Below, in pieces: positions 1 through 8,260 of a stretch of 64,000 nucleotides of DNA. The translations under genes were made by a program, and so were the position numbers. Location of the stretch: NCBI GenBank assembly GCA_041685755.1, contig JAWLFC010000003.1:26-64025 (forward strand), written 5' to 3'. Origin of the DNA: Ilumatobacteraceae bacterium. Lineage in GTDB: Bacteria; Actinomycetota; Acidimicrobiia; Acidimicrobiales; Ilumatobacteraceae. Numbering within the stretch: position 1 is the stretch's first letter; every line of letters starts with the position of its first letter. The notes below the pieces were generated by a model, which did not search any database, was not told where the DNA came from, and worked only from the letters and a program-made list of their open reading frames with translations.

Positions 1-436
1 GCCAGCTGCCGTCGGCCGTCTGGTGGTACCGGTAGGCGACGAGGTAGTACTGGCCGGCACCCACCTCCAGGTCGGGGCGGATGACCGTGACCACGTTCAC
101 GCCGGGCAGCGTGGCGTCGTACGCCATCGGCGGCGCGAAGGCGGCGAGCTCGGCCAGCACCGCCGTCTCGTCGACCTCGGAGTAGGTCTCGACCGCAGAG
201 GACAGGTCGACCGGGAGCCAGGTCTGCACGAAGGTGATGTCCTTCGACTCGGCGAGGCGATCGGTGGCCTGGCTCTGGGTGCTCAGCACCGTCGTGAACG
301 CCATCGAGATCGACACGATGAGGATGCCGCTGATCATCATCGCGATCAGCAGTTCGGGCAGGGTGAAGCCGTCGTCGCGGCTCGTCCGGGGCGGTCGGCC
401 CACGGGGTGCTGTGGGTGCTCAACCGGCCGAGACAT
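1..436 (-). CDS. pseudopilin-like protein with prepilin-type N-terminal cleavage/methylation motif (3' end beyond window)
   Basis: Not in ORF track because it is open at the window edge. Own translation from ATG 436 on minus strand: MSRPVEHPQHPVGRPPRTSRDDG-FTLPELLIAMMISGILIVSISMAF..., no stop down to nt 2. AAGGAGG SD 6 nt upstream. Start overlaps upstream gene by 17 nt. Confidence 0.7.
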   Translation of the reverse strand, partial: MSRPVEHPQHPVGRPPRTSRDDGFTLPELLIAMMISGILIVSISMAFTTVLSTQSQATDRLAESKDITFVQTWLPVDLSSAVETYSEVDETAVLAELAAFAPPMAYDATLPGVNVVTVIRPDLEVGAGQYYLVAYRYHQTADGSW

Positions 437-974
437 CTTTGACCTCCTTGGGGCGAATGTCGGACTTCACGATGTCGACCGTCGCCGAGTAGCCGCCGCC
501 GGGCGACGTGGCCACGATCGTCAGCTTCTGCAGCGTCTTGGAGGTGGTCAGCCCGACGTTGGGGTTGCAGTCGTCGCCCTGGATCGAGTTGTTCTGGTCC
601 CAGGACCCGGTCTCGGGGTTCCAGTACTGGTAGTCGACGATCTCCACGGTCTCGAGCGGCCAACCGACCGATGCCGCCGCCTTCTGGCCGAACTGCTCGT
701 AGCCCTCGTCGACCTCGGGGCAGGCGATGTAGCGGTAGTTGGAGATGCCGTCGCCGGCGGCGCCGAGCACGGCGCCGACCTTGGCCCGCTGGTCGTTCTG
801 CGACGAGGCCCGCACGACGGCCCACATCCCGCCCATGATCGCCAGCACGATCGAGCCCATGAGGACGATCGCCACCAGCATCTCGACCAGGGTGTAGCCC
901 CGATCGGCGGGCTCGCCGCTGTGGTCAGGGGGTCGCTGGTGCATGATCGTCTCGCTGTGACACTGTCGGGTCAT
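420..974 (-). CDS. pseudopilin-like protein with prepilin-type N-terminal cleavage/methylation motif
   Basis: ORF 420..1064. Motif ADRG-YTLVEMLVAIVLMGSIVLAI (G/[FY]TLxE plus hydrophobic helix). Start set at ATG 974 (AGGAAAG SD 5 nt upstream); ATG 944 is also possible. Confidence 0.75.
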   Translation of the reverse strand: MTRQCHSETIMHQRPPDHSGEPADRGYTLVEMLVAIVLMGSIVLAIMGGMWAVVRASSQNDQRAKVGAVLGAAGDGISNYRYIACPEVDEGYEQFGQKAAASVGWPLETVEIVDYQYWNPETGSWDQNNSIQGDDCNPNVGLTTSKTLQKLTIVATSPGGGYSATVDIVKSDIRPKEVKDVSAG

Positions 975-1165
975 CGGCACTTTCCTGTTCCGCCTTGAGC
1001 GACCGACCTCCGATCGCTTCGTTTCGAACACCGAGCACGGTATGACGACCACGGTCAGCGGCATCGGTGTGCCGGGTCAGGGGTCTGCAAAGTCAAGAGA
1101 CGACGGCCGATCTTGAGGATTCGGGCGAATGGGGGCGCCCGGCCGCGAGGTGCGACAATCTCGGG

Positions 1166-2305
1166 GTGATCGAGGCTGCGCTCCGTGCCGCTGCGGTGCC
1201 ACCGTTCCACGCGATGGCGATGAGCAGGGAGGCCAGTGCGCTGGAGGCGACCGGGCGGCGCATCTTGCACCTGGAGGTCGGCCAGCCGTCGACCCCGCTG
1301 CCCCGGGCGGCTCGCGACGCCGTGCGTGCCGAACTCGACCGGCCGATGGGCTACACCAACGCCGCCGGGCTGGCGTCGCTGCGGCGCCGGCTCGCCGTAC
1401 GCACACCGGGGGTCGATCCCGAGCGGATCGTCGTGGTGGCCGGGGCGTCGGCCGGGTTCACACTGGCATTCCTGACGCTGTTCGATCCCGGCGACCGCGT
1501 CGGTGTGCTGGAGCCCGGCTACCCCTGCTACCGCAACGCCCTGCTGGCCCTCGGCGTCACGCCGGTGCCGATCCCGGTCGGGGCCGACACCCGCTTCGCT
1601 CCCACGGCCGGGCACCTCGAGCGGGCCGGGCACCTCGACGGCCTGATCCTCGCGTCGCCGTCGAACCCGACGGGGACGGTCCTCGGCGACGCTGCGCTGG
1701 CCGAGATCGCCGCCGCCTGCCGACAGCGCGGCATCGCGATCGTCGGCGACGAGATCTACCACGGCATCGTCGACGGCGGCCCGGCACCGCGCCTGCTCGA
1801 CCACGAACCGTCGGCCGTGGTGATCAACAGCTTCTCCAAGTACTGGTCGATGACCGGCTGGCGCGTGGGGTGGATGGTGGTGCCGGATTCGCTGGTCGAC
1901 ACCGTCGAGCGCCTGCAGCAGAACCTCTACATCTGCGCGCCCCACGTGTCGCAGGTGGCGGCGCTGGCGGCACTCGACGCGACCGACGAACTCGATGCCC
2001 ACGTCGAGCGGTACCGGACCAACAAGGAGGTGCTGGTCGCCGGGCTGGCAGCGGCCGGGATCGTCGACATCGCCCCGGCCGACGGCGCGTTCTACGTGTA
2101 CGCCCACGTGCCGCACCTGACGACGGCAATCGGCATCGACTCGGTCGAGCTGACGCGACGCTGGCTCCACGAGGCGGGGGTCGCGGCGACGCCGGGCGTC
2201 GACTTCGACCTCGCCCGCGGTGGGGAGTACGTACGGTTCTCCTGTGCCGGCACGCCGGCCGACATGGCCGAGGCCTGCGGCCTCCTGGCGGAGTGGACCC
2301 CGTGA
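1166..2305 (+). CDS. class I/II PLP-dependent aminotransferase
   Basis: ORF 1067..2305. Motifs LEVGQPS, SPSNPTG and SFSKYWSMTGWRVGW (Schiff-base Lys). Start tentatively GTG 1166, so the conserved PPFHAM segment lies near the N-terminus. Confidence 0.85.
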   Translation: MIEAALRAAAVPPFHAMAMSREASALEATGRRILHLEVGQPSTPLPRAARDAVRAELDRPMGYTNAAGLASLRRRLAVRTPGVDPERIVVVAGASAGFTLAFLTLFDPGDRVGVLEPGYPCYRNALLALGVTPVPIPVGADTRFAPTAGHLERAGHLDGLILASPSNPTGTVLGDAALAEIAAACRQRGIAIVGDEIYHGIVDGGPAPRLLDHEPSAVVINSFSKYWSMTGWRVGWMVVPDSLVDTVERLQQNLYICAPHVSQVAALAALDATDELDAHVERYRTNKEVLVAGLAAAGIVDIAPADGAFYVYAHVPHLTTAIGIDSVELTRRWLHEAGVAATPGVDFDLARGGEYVRFSCAGTPADMAEACGLLAEWTP

Positions 2306-3414
2306 CCGGGCCGCTCGCCGACCTCCGGGTGATCGACATGTCGACGGTGCTGGCGGGGCCGAACTGCGCCCGCTACCTCGCCGACTTCGGCGCCGAGGTG
2401 ATCAAGGTCGAGCGACCCGGCGGCGACAGCCTGCGCAACATGGCCTGGCGCGACCCGCGCGACGGCACCGGCCTGTGGTGGAAGCTCGTGAACCGCAACA
2501 AGCGCACGGTGGTGCTCGACGTGAAGGACGACGCCGACCGAGACGTGCTGCTGCGTCTCGTCGACGACGCCCACGTGCTCGTCGAGAACTCCCGTCCGGG
2601 CACACTCGAGCGGCTCGGCCTCGGCCCCGACGTGCTGCTCGAGCGCAACCCCGACCTCGTGATCACCCGCGTCAGCGGATTCGGCCAGGACGGGCCGTAC
2701 GCGTCACGGCCGGGGTTCGCCACCATCGCCGAGGCCATGTCGGGTCTGGCGGCGTTGAGCGGCGAGCCCGACGGCCAGCCACTGCTCCCGCCGATCGCGC
2801 TGACCGACGAGGTCACCGGGCTGGCAGCCGCGTTCGCCACGATGGTGGCGCTGCACTCCGGTGTCGGCCAGGTCGTCGACGCCAACCTGCTGGAGACCAT
2901 GTTCCAGATGATGGGCCCCCTGGTGTCGCTCTACGCGGTCACCGGTGAGCAACAGGAGCGCCTCGGCGCCGGGTTGCCGTACACGGTGCCGCGCGGGACC
3001 TACCGCTGCGCCGACGGGCGATGGGTGGCGGTGTCGACGAGCAGCGACACCGTCGCGACACGCGTGATGGAGGTCCTCGGGGTCGGCGGCGACGAGCGCT
3101 TCGCGTCGTTCGAGGGTCGGGTCGAGCACCGCCTCGAACTGGAGCAGATCATGACCGACTGGTGCGCGGCCCGCACGCAGGAGGACGTGGTGGACGCCTT
3201 CACCGCGGCCGAGGCCGCGATCGGGCCGGTGCTCGACATGGCCGACATCGCCACCGACCCGCACTACGCCGCCCGCCAGTCGATCACCGCCGTCGACGCC
3301 ACGCCGATGCAGGGCCTGATCGCCAGGTTGTCGGCGACACCCGGGGAGCTGCGCTGGAGCGGACGAGCCCTCGACGCCGACGGCGACGACATCCGCTCCT
3401 CCGGCTGGCCCTGA
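2302..3414 (+). CDS. family III CoA-transferase (CaiB/BaiF type)
   Basis: Last 370 aa of ORF 1129..3414: LADLRVIDMSTVLAGPNCARYLADFGAEVIKVERPG. GTG 2302 overlaps the upstream stop (GTGA). Confidence 0.85.
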   Translation: MTGPLADLRVIDMSTVLAGPNCARYLADFGAEVIKVERPGGDSLRNMAWRDPRDGTGLWWKLVNRNKRTVVLDVKDDADRDVLLRLVDDAHVLVENSRPGTLERLGLGPDVLLERNPDLVITRVSGFGQDGPYASRPGFATIAEAMSGLAALSGEPDGQPLLPPIALTDEVTGLAAAFATMVALHSGVGQVVDANLLETMFQMMGPLVSLYAVTGEQQERLGAGLPYTVPRGTYRCADGRWVAVSTSSDTVATRVMEVLGVGGDERFASFEGRVEHRLELEQIMTDWCAARTQEDVVDAFTAAEAAIGPVLDMADIATDPHYAARQSITAVDATPMQGLIARLSATPGELRWSGRALDADGDDIRSSGWP

Positions 3415-3441
3415 CGGACCCGACCGACTCCCGGCCCACCA

Positions 3442-3496
3442 CCCGAAATCTCGCGGCGGGATTGCGCTGAGCGCAATCCCAGCGCGACATTTCGGG
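3442..3496. terminator. long imperfect hairpin between convergent genes (candidate bidirectional terminator)
   Basis: CCCGAAATCTCGCGGCGGGATTGCGC-TGA-GCGCAATCCCAGCGCGACATTTCGGG. 23 of 26 arm positions are complementary. Lies between stops at 3414 (+) and 3522 (-). Confidence 0.5.
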
Positions 3497-3521
3497 TCTG
3501 GGGGCGGGGACGGGGGCGACG

Positions 3522-4178
3522 TCAGGTGGAGAGGCCGATGGGGCAGCTCACACCGGTACCGCCGACACCGCAGTAGCCGTTCGGGTTCTTGGCGAGGTAC
3601 TGCTGGTGGTACGGCTCGGCGTAGAAGAAGCCGGTCTCGAGATCGATGGGCTGGATCTCACTCGTGATCTCGCCGTAGCCGGCAGCGGTGAGACGTTCCT
3701 GGAACATCGCCCACGACGACTGGATGACGGGACCCTGGGCGTCGTCGGTGACGAAGATGGCACTGCGGTACTGGCTGCCGATGTCGTTGCCCTGGCGCAT
3801 CCCCTGGGTGGGGTCGTGCTCCTCCCAGAACGTCTGGAGCAGGCGCTCGTAGGAGATCACTTCGGGGTCGTACACCACGACGACGGCCTCGGTGTGACCG
3901 GTACGGCCGGAGCACACCTCTTCGTAGGTTGCGTTCGGGGTGTAGCCGCCGGCGTAGCCGACGAAGGTCGAGTACACGCCGTCGAGTTGCCAGAACTTGC
4001 GCTCGACACCCCAGAAGCACCCCATCGCGAACGCCGCCGTCTTCATCCCCTCGGGCCACGGGCCCACGAGCGGATTGCCGTTGACGAAGTGCGCGTCGGG
4101 AACCGGCATCGTCTGGTCGGTGCGGCCGGGCAGGGCGTCGGCCTCGGCCACCATCTGGGCGCTCTTGCGGAAAAGCAT
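3522..4178 (-). CDS. msrA: peptide-methionine (S)-S-oxide reductase
   Basis: 218-aa ORF with the MsrA active-site motif [11 protein letters not shown] and conserved GHTEAV and YHQQYL segments. Confidence 0.95.
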   Translation of the reverse strand: MLFRKSAQMVAEADALPGRTDQTMPVPDAHFVNGNPLVGPWPEGMKTAAFAMGCFWGVERKFWQLDGVYSTFVGYAGGYTPNATYEEVCSGRTGHTEAVVVVYDPEVISYERLLQTFWEEHDPTQGMRQGNDIGSQYRSAIFVTDDAQGPVIQSSWAMFQERLTAAGYGEITSEIQPIDLETGFFYAEPYHQQYLAKNPNGYCGVGGTGVSCPIGLST

Positions 4179-4233
4179 GACATCAGCCTAGAAGTGCATC
4201 GGTGACACCCCTGTGTCGAACCCGTCACTGTTC

Positions 4234-4295
4234 TGCGCGTCGGGGTCGGGTCCGGACGGGCAGGTGCGCGTCGGGGTCGGGTCCGGACGGGCAGG
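4234..4295. repeat. two perfect tandem copies of a 31-bp G-rich unit
   Basis: TGCGCGTCGGGGTCGGGTCCGGACGGGCAGG at 4234-4264 and 4265-4295, 3 nt from the stop of the permease gene. The same unit recurs twice at 38401-38463. Confidence 0.9.
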
Positions 4296-4298
4296 TGG

Positions 4299-5129
4299 TC
4301 AGCGGAGCAGGAGATGGCCGACGCGGCGCGAGATCAGGGCGACACCGGCGACGGCGATGGCCAGCAGCACCGCGAGGTTCACGAGCATGCTCCACTCGAG
4401 CGAACCGACGGCGCAGCCCCGCACGACGACCACGCCGTGGTACAGCGGACTCAGCTGCACGACCCAGCTCCAGTCGCCGTAGCTCGACAGCGGGTAGAAC
4501 GTCGCCGAGAACAGCAGCATCGGCACGATGGCCACGTTGACGTACTCCAGGTCGGCCCACCCCCGCATGTAGGTCGCATAGGCCATCCCGATCGCGCCGA
4601 ACGCGAACGCGATCAGCGCACACACCGGGATCGCCAACAGGATCAGCGGTGAGCCGACGAGGCCGAGCACCACCATGGCGACGACGAAGGCCACCGAGTA
4701 CAGCGTCCCCCGCACGACGGCGGTCATGATCTCGCCGAGGGCGACATCGGCGGCGGTCATCGGCGTGGCCAACACCGTGTCGTACAGCTTGGTGCGCTTG
4801 AGCTTCTCGAAGGCGCCACCCGTCGCGTCGAAGATCGCGCCGTTCATCGCCGCCGACGCGAGCAGCGCCGGAGCGACGAACTCGGCGTAGTCGTAGGTGA
4901 TGCCGCCGTCGGTGACGGTGCCGACGAGCGTGGCGAAGCCGACCTGCACCGACACCAGGTACAGCAGCGGCTCGAAGAAGCCCGAGACGAACAGCACCCA
5001 GTTGCGGCGGTAGAACATCACGCCCCGCTCGAGCATCCGCTGCGGCCGCCGGGCGCTGAACAGCTCGAGCGGCAGGATGCGCAGCAGTGCCGCCGGGCGG
5101 CTACCGGCAGTGGACGCGGTCGTCGTCAC
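4299..5129 (-). CDS. ABC-2 type transporter permease
   Basis: Last 276 aa of ORF 4299..5561 (FYRRNWVLFVSGFFEPLLYLVSVQ..., polytopic). GTG 5129 overlaps the upstream stop (GTGA). The longer N-terminus is Arg-rich and overlaps the preceding permease. Confidence 0.8.
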   Translation of the reverse strand: MTTTASTAGSRPAALLRILPLELFSARRPQRMLERGVMFYRRNWVLFVSGFFEPLLYLVSVQVGFATLVGTVTDGGITYDYAEFVAPALLASAAMNGAIFDATGGAFEKLKRTKLYDTVLATPMTAADVALGEIMTAVVRGTLYSVAFVVAMVVLGLVGSPLILLAIPVCALIAFAFGAIGMAYATYMRGWADLEYVNVAIVPMLLFSATFYPLSSYGDWSWVVQLSPLYHGVVVVRGCAVGSLEWSMLVNLAVLLAIAVAGVALISRRVGHLLLR

Positions 5130-5908
5130 GGTCGCAACCTCCGCTCGAACGTCACCCGGCACGCCGCCCAACCGGCGAGCGCGTACCCGACCAACACGGC
5201 GAGATGCACGGCGACGTTGCCGGGGTCGACCTCGGCGATCACGGCGCCCCGGCACAGCTCGATGCCGTGCCACAGCGGGGTGACGTAGGCGACGGGCTGC
5301 AGCCAGCCGGGCAACTGCTCGATCGGGAAGAACGCACCACCGAACAGGAACATGGGCAACAGCACGAAGCGGATCACGGTGGGGAACGCCGCCCCACTCT
5401 GCCGGGTCGCCGACCAGGCCGACAGCGGCAGCGCGAACGCCAGGCCGGTGAGCACGGCGACGGGCACGGCGACGAGCAGCGCCCACGAGCGCGTCTCGTC
5501 GAAGAACACCAGCACGACCGCAACCCCGCTGACACCGATCGTCGTGCGTGTGGCGTGCCACAGCGCGAGTCCCGACGCGATCTCACCGGAGCCGAGCGGC
5601 GTCGCCGCCATCGCCCGGTACCGGTTGCTCCACATGAACCCGTCGAGCACCTCCCACAGCGACGCCTGCCCTGCGCTCAACATCGCCGTCGTCGCCAGCA
5701 GCGCCGGAGCGAGGAACGCGAAGTAGGTGATCCCACCGAGGGCCGAGAGCGAGTCGGTGTTGGCGTCGACGAGCGCACCGACACCGAGGCCCATGCCCAG
5801 CAGGTAGAGCGTCGGCTGCACGAACGCCAAGAGGACGTGGCCGTGCCAGATCCGCTTGTAGACGGCGAGGTGACTCTCCCAGACCCGGATCGTGGTCGGC
5901 GTCGACAT
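5126..5908 (-). CDS. ABC-2 type transporter permease
   Basis: 260-aa polytopic ORF (IWHGHVLLAFVQPTLYLLGMGLG...). Start shares 1 nt with the ATPase stop. Confidence 0.85.
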   Translation of the reverse strand: MSTPTTIRVWESHLAVYKRIWHGHVLLAFVQPTLYLLGMGLGVGALVDANTDSLSALGGITYFAFLAPALLATTAMLSAGQASLWEVLDGFMWSNRYRAMAATPLGSGEIASGLALWHATRTTIGVSGVAVVLVFFDETRSWALLVAVPVAVLTGLAFALPLSAWSATRQSGAAFPTVIRFVLLPMFLFGGAFFPIEQLPGWLQPVAYVTPLWHGIELCRGAVIAEVDPGNVAVHLAVLVGYALAGWAACRVTFERRLRP

Positions 5909-6834
5909 CAGTCGACCAGCGTCCGTCCGGTGAGTCGCAGGAACACGTCTTCGAGCGACGCCCGCCGCACGAGCGAACCGACGGGATCGAGGCCACGTCG
6001 GTGCACCTCGGCGAGCGCTCCGTCGCCGTCGTGGACGTAGATCAGGATCCGATCGGGCAGCGTCTCGACGCGGTCGCCGATGCCCTCGACGTCCGGGGCG
6101 AACGTCTCGGCGTCACCGACCGGGAACCGCAACTCGAGGACCTCACGGGTGGCGTGCTGGTCGATCAGGGAACGTGGTGACCCCTCGGCGACGATCCGTC
6201 CCCGATCCATCACGACGAGCCGGTCGCAGAGCTGCTCGGCCTCGTCCATGTAGTGGGTGGTGAGCACGAGCGTGACCCCGTCCTGCTTGAGCCGGTACAG
6301 ACGGTCCCACAGGATGTGGCGGGCCTGGGGGTCGAGCCCGGTCGTCGGCTCGTCGAGCAGCAGCAGATCGGGGTCGCTCATCAGCGACCGGGCGATCGTG
6401 AGCCGGCGCTTCATCCCTCCCGACAGCGGGTCGACGAGGTCGTCGGAGCGCTCGCCGAGCTGCACGAAGTCGAGCAGCTCACCGGCCCGTCGCCGCGATT
6501 CACGACGGGAGAGGTCGAAGTAGCGGCCGTAGATGACGAGGTTCTCCATCACGGTCAGCTCGGGGTCGAGCTGGTCGGCCTGGGGAACCACGCCCATGCG
6601 GGCCCGGATGGCCGAACCGTCGTGGCCGGGGTCGAGGTCGAAGATCCGCAGGTGCCCGGCGGTGATCGGCGAGACGCAACCGATCATGCGCATCGTCGAG
6701 GTCTTGCCGGCGCCGTTCGGGCCGAGGAACCCGAAGGACTCTCCCTGCTCGACGTCGAAGTCGATCCCGTCGACCGCCACGAAGTCGCCGAACTCCTTGC
6801 GCAGGTCGCGAGCGGAGATCACGGCGGCGGACAC
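5908..6834 (-). CDS. ABC transporter ATP-binding protein (DrrA/NodI-like exporter ATPase)
   Basis: Walker A GPNGAGKTST, signature LSGGMKRRL, Walker B LLLLDEPT. GTG start at 6834. Confidence 0.9.
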   Translation of the reverse strand: MSAAVISARDLRKEFGDFVAVDGIDFDVEQGESFGFLGPNGAGKTSTMRMIGCVSPITAGHLRIFDLDPGHDGSAIRARMGVVPQADQLDPELTVMENLVIYGRYFDLSRRESRRRAGELLDFVQLGERSDDLVDPLSGGMKRRLTIARSLMSDPDLLLLDEPTTGLDPQARHILWDRLYRLKQDGVTLVLTTHYMDEAEQLCDRLVVMDRGRIVAEGSPRSLIDQHATREVLELRFPVGDAETFAPDVEGIGDRVETLPDRILIYVHDGDGALAEVHRRGLDPVGSLVRRASLEDVFLRLTGRTLVD

Positions 6835-6840
6835 GGGGTT

Positions 6841-6887
6841 CGACGGTAACGGACGAAGCGGATGACGAGTTCGTCCGGTTACCGTCG
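6841..6887. promoter_or_regulatory. 47-bp near-perfect palindrome filling a divergent intergenic region
   Basis: CGACGGTAACGGACGAA-N12-TTCGTCCGGTTACCGTCG (17/18-nt arms, one bulged C). Occupies most of the 59-bp gap between start 6834 (-) and ATG 6894 (+). Confidence 0.4.
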
Positions 6888-6893
6888 CCTCGA

Positions 6894-7403
6894 ATGGCTG
6901 CCGTCCGCCCCGTCTCCCCCTCCGATCTGCCTCGACTCCTGGAGATCAACCAGGCCAATGTGCCCGCCGTCGGCTCGGTCGATCTCGACCGGCTGACGTT
7001 CCTCGTCGCCGAGAGTCCGATCGCCCTGGCGGTCGAGCTCGACGCCGAACCGGTCGGTTTCTGCCTCGTGCTCGCCGCCGACTCGAACTACGACTCGGTG
7101 AACTACCGGTGGTTCACCCAGCGCTACGACCGCTTCATGTACCTCGATCGCGTGGCGTTCGACCCGGCGGCGCGCAATCGGGGGCTCGGCACCCTGCTGT
7201 ACGGAGAGGTCGACCGGTTGCTGCGCCAGCGCGCCGACGTCGATCACCTGGCGCTGGAGGTGAACCTCGACCCACCGAACGAGGGCTCGCTGCGCTTCCA
7301 CGCCCGCCTCGGCTTCGACGAGGTCGGCCAGCAGGACACCCCGTACGGCATCCGCGTCTCGATGCAGATGCGCCCCGTCCACCCCCCCAGCCGCAACGCG
7401 TGA
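6894..7403 (+). CDS. GNAT family N-acetyltransferase
   Basis: 169-aa ORF with acetyl-CoA binding motif A (RNRGLGTLLY) followed by LEVNLDPPNEGSLRFHARLGF. Confidence 0.8.
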   Translation: MAAVRPVSPSDLPRLLEINQANVPAVGSVDLDRLTFLVAESPIALAVELDAEPVGFCLVLAADSNYDSVNYRWFTQRYDRFMYLDRVAFDPAARNRGLGTLLYGEVDRLLRQRADVDHLALEVNLDPPNEGSLRFHARLGFDEVGQQDTPYGIRVSMQMRPVHPPSRNA

Positions 7404-7441
7404 ACGCATGGCGCCCGGAGGCGACCATTTGTTCACGCGTT
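7395..7441. terminator. hairpin with 11-bp perfect arms between convergent genes
   Basis: AACGCGTGAAC-N25-GTTCACGCGTT. The left arm contains the GNAT stop codon, and the amidase gene stop is at 7481. Confidence 0.35.
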
Positions 7442-7480
7442 CGCCGACCGGGAACCGGACGGCGGTGGGGGTGGGGGGCG

Positions 7481-8260
7481 TCAGCGGCGGTCCTGCAGGA
7501 AACGGAAGTGGTCGCGGGTGGCGGCGACGTGGGTGGCCTGGAGGTCGGCGAGCAGCACGGTCTCGACGCCGGCGCCCGTGGCGAGGATCTCGCCGAGCGG
7601 ATCGATCACGGCGCTGTCGCCCGAGTACGCCAGCCCACCGCCGGTACCCACGCGGTTGACGCCGACCACATAGGCCTGGTTCTCGATCGCCCGCGCCCGC
7701 AGCAGGGCCGACCAGTGCAGACGTCGCTTGGCCGGCCAGTTCGCCACCACGAGATAGGCATCGGTGTCGGCAGCGAGCGCCCAGAACTCGTCGGCGAAGC
7801 GGAGGTCGTAGCAGACGAACAGGCTGCATCGCAGACCGTCCACGTCGACGGTGACGAACTCGGTCCCGGCCCGGACGTAGCGCTCCTCGTCGGCGTGGGA
7901 GAACGGATGGATCTTGCGGTACCGGTGCTGGGCGCCGTCGGGCGAGGCCATCACGAACACGTTCGACGGACGCTGGTCGTCGTCGGGCGCGTCGGGTGCC
8001 ACCTCCGGACACGAGCCGCCGACCCAGATGTCGTGCGTCGCCGCCATCGACGCCAGGAACTGCGACGACGGGCCACCCTCGGGTTCGGCGATGCCCGGTG
8101 TGTCGAAGGAGAACCCGGTCGAGAACGTCTCGGTGAGCAGCACGAGCCGAGCGCCCGAGGCGGCGGCGCCGGCGACCTTCGGGGCGAGGTGCTCGAAATT
8201 GGCGTCGCGGTCGTGCCAGACGATGTCGTGCTGGACGGCGGCGACCCGCACGCCACTCAC
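7481..8260 (-). CDS. carbon-nitrogen hydrolase (nitrilase superfamily, omega-amidase/YafV-like)
   Basis: Glu-Lys-Cys triad contexts LLTETF, YRKIHPF and FVCYDLRF. GTG 8260 overlaps the upstream stop (GTGA). Confidence 0.85.
   Translation of the reverse strand: MSGVRVAAVQHDIVWHDRDANFEHLAPKVAGAAASGARLVLLTETFSTGFSFDTPGIAEPEGGPSSQFLASMAATHDIWVGGSCPEVAPDAPDDDQRPSNVFVMASPDGAQHRYRKIHPFSHADEERYVRAGTEFVTVDVDGLRCSLFVCYDLRFADEFWALAADTDAYLVVANWPAKRRLHWSALLRARAIENQAYVVGVNRVGTGGGLAYSGDSAVIDPLGEILATGAGVETVLLADLQATHVAATRDHFRFLQDRR

Noticed and set aside
4234-4295. CRISPR array
   Set aside because: The 31-bp units are directly abutting with no spacers, there are only two copies per locus, and there are no cas genes in the window.
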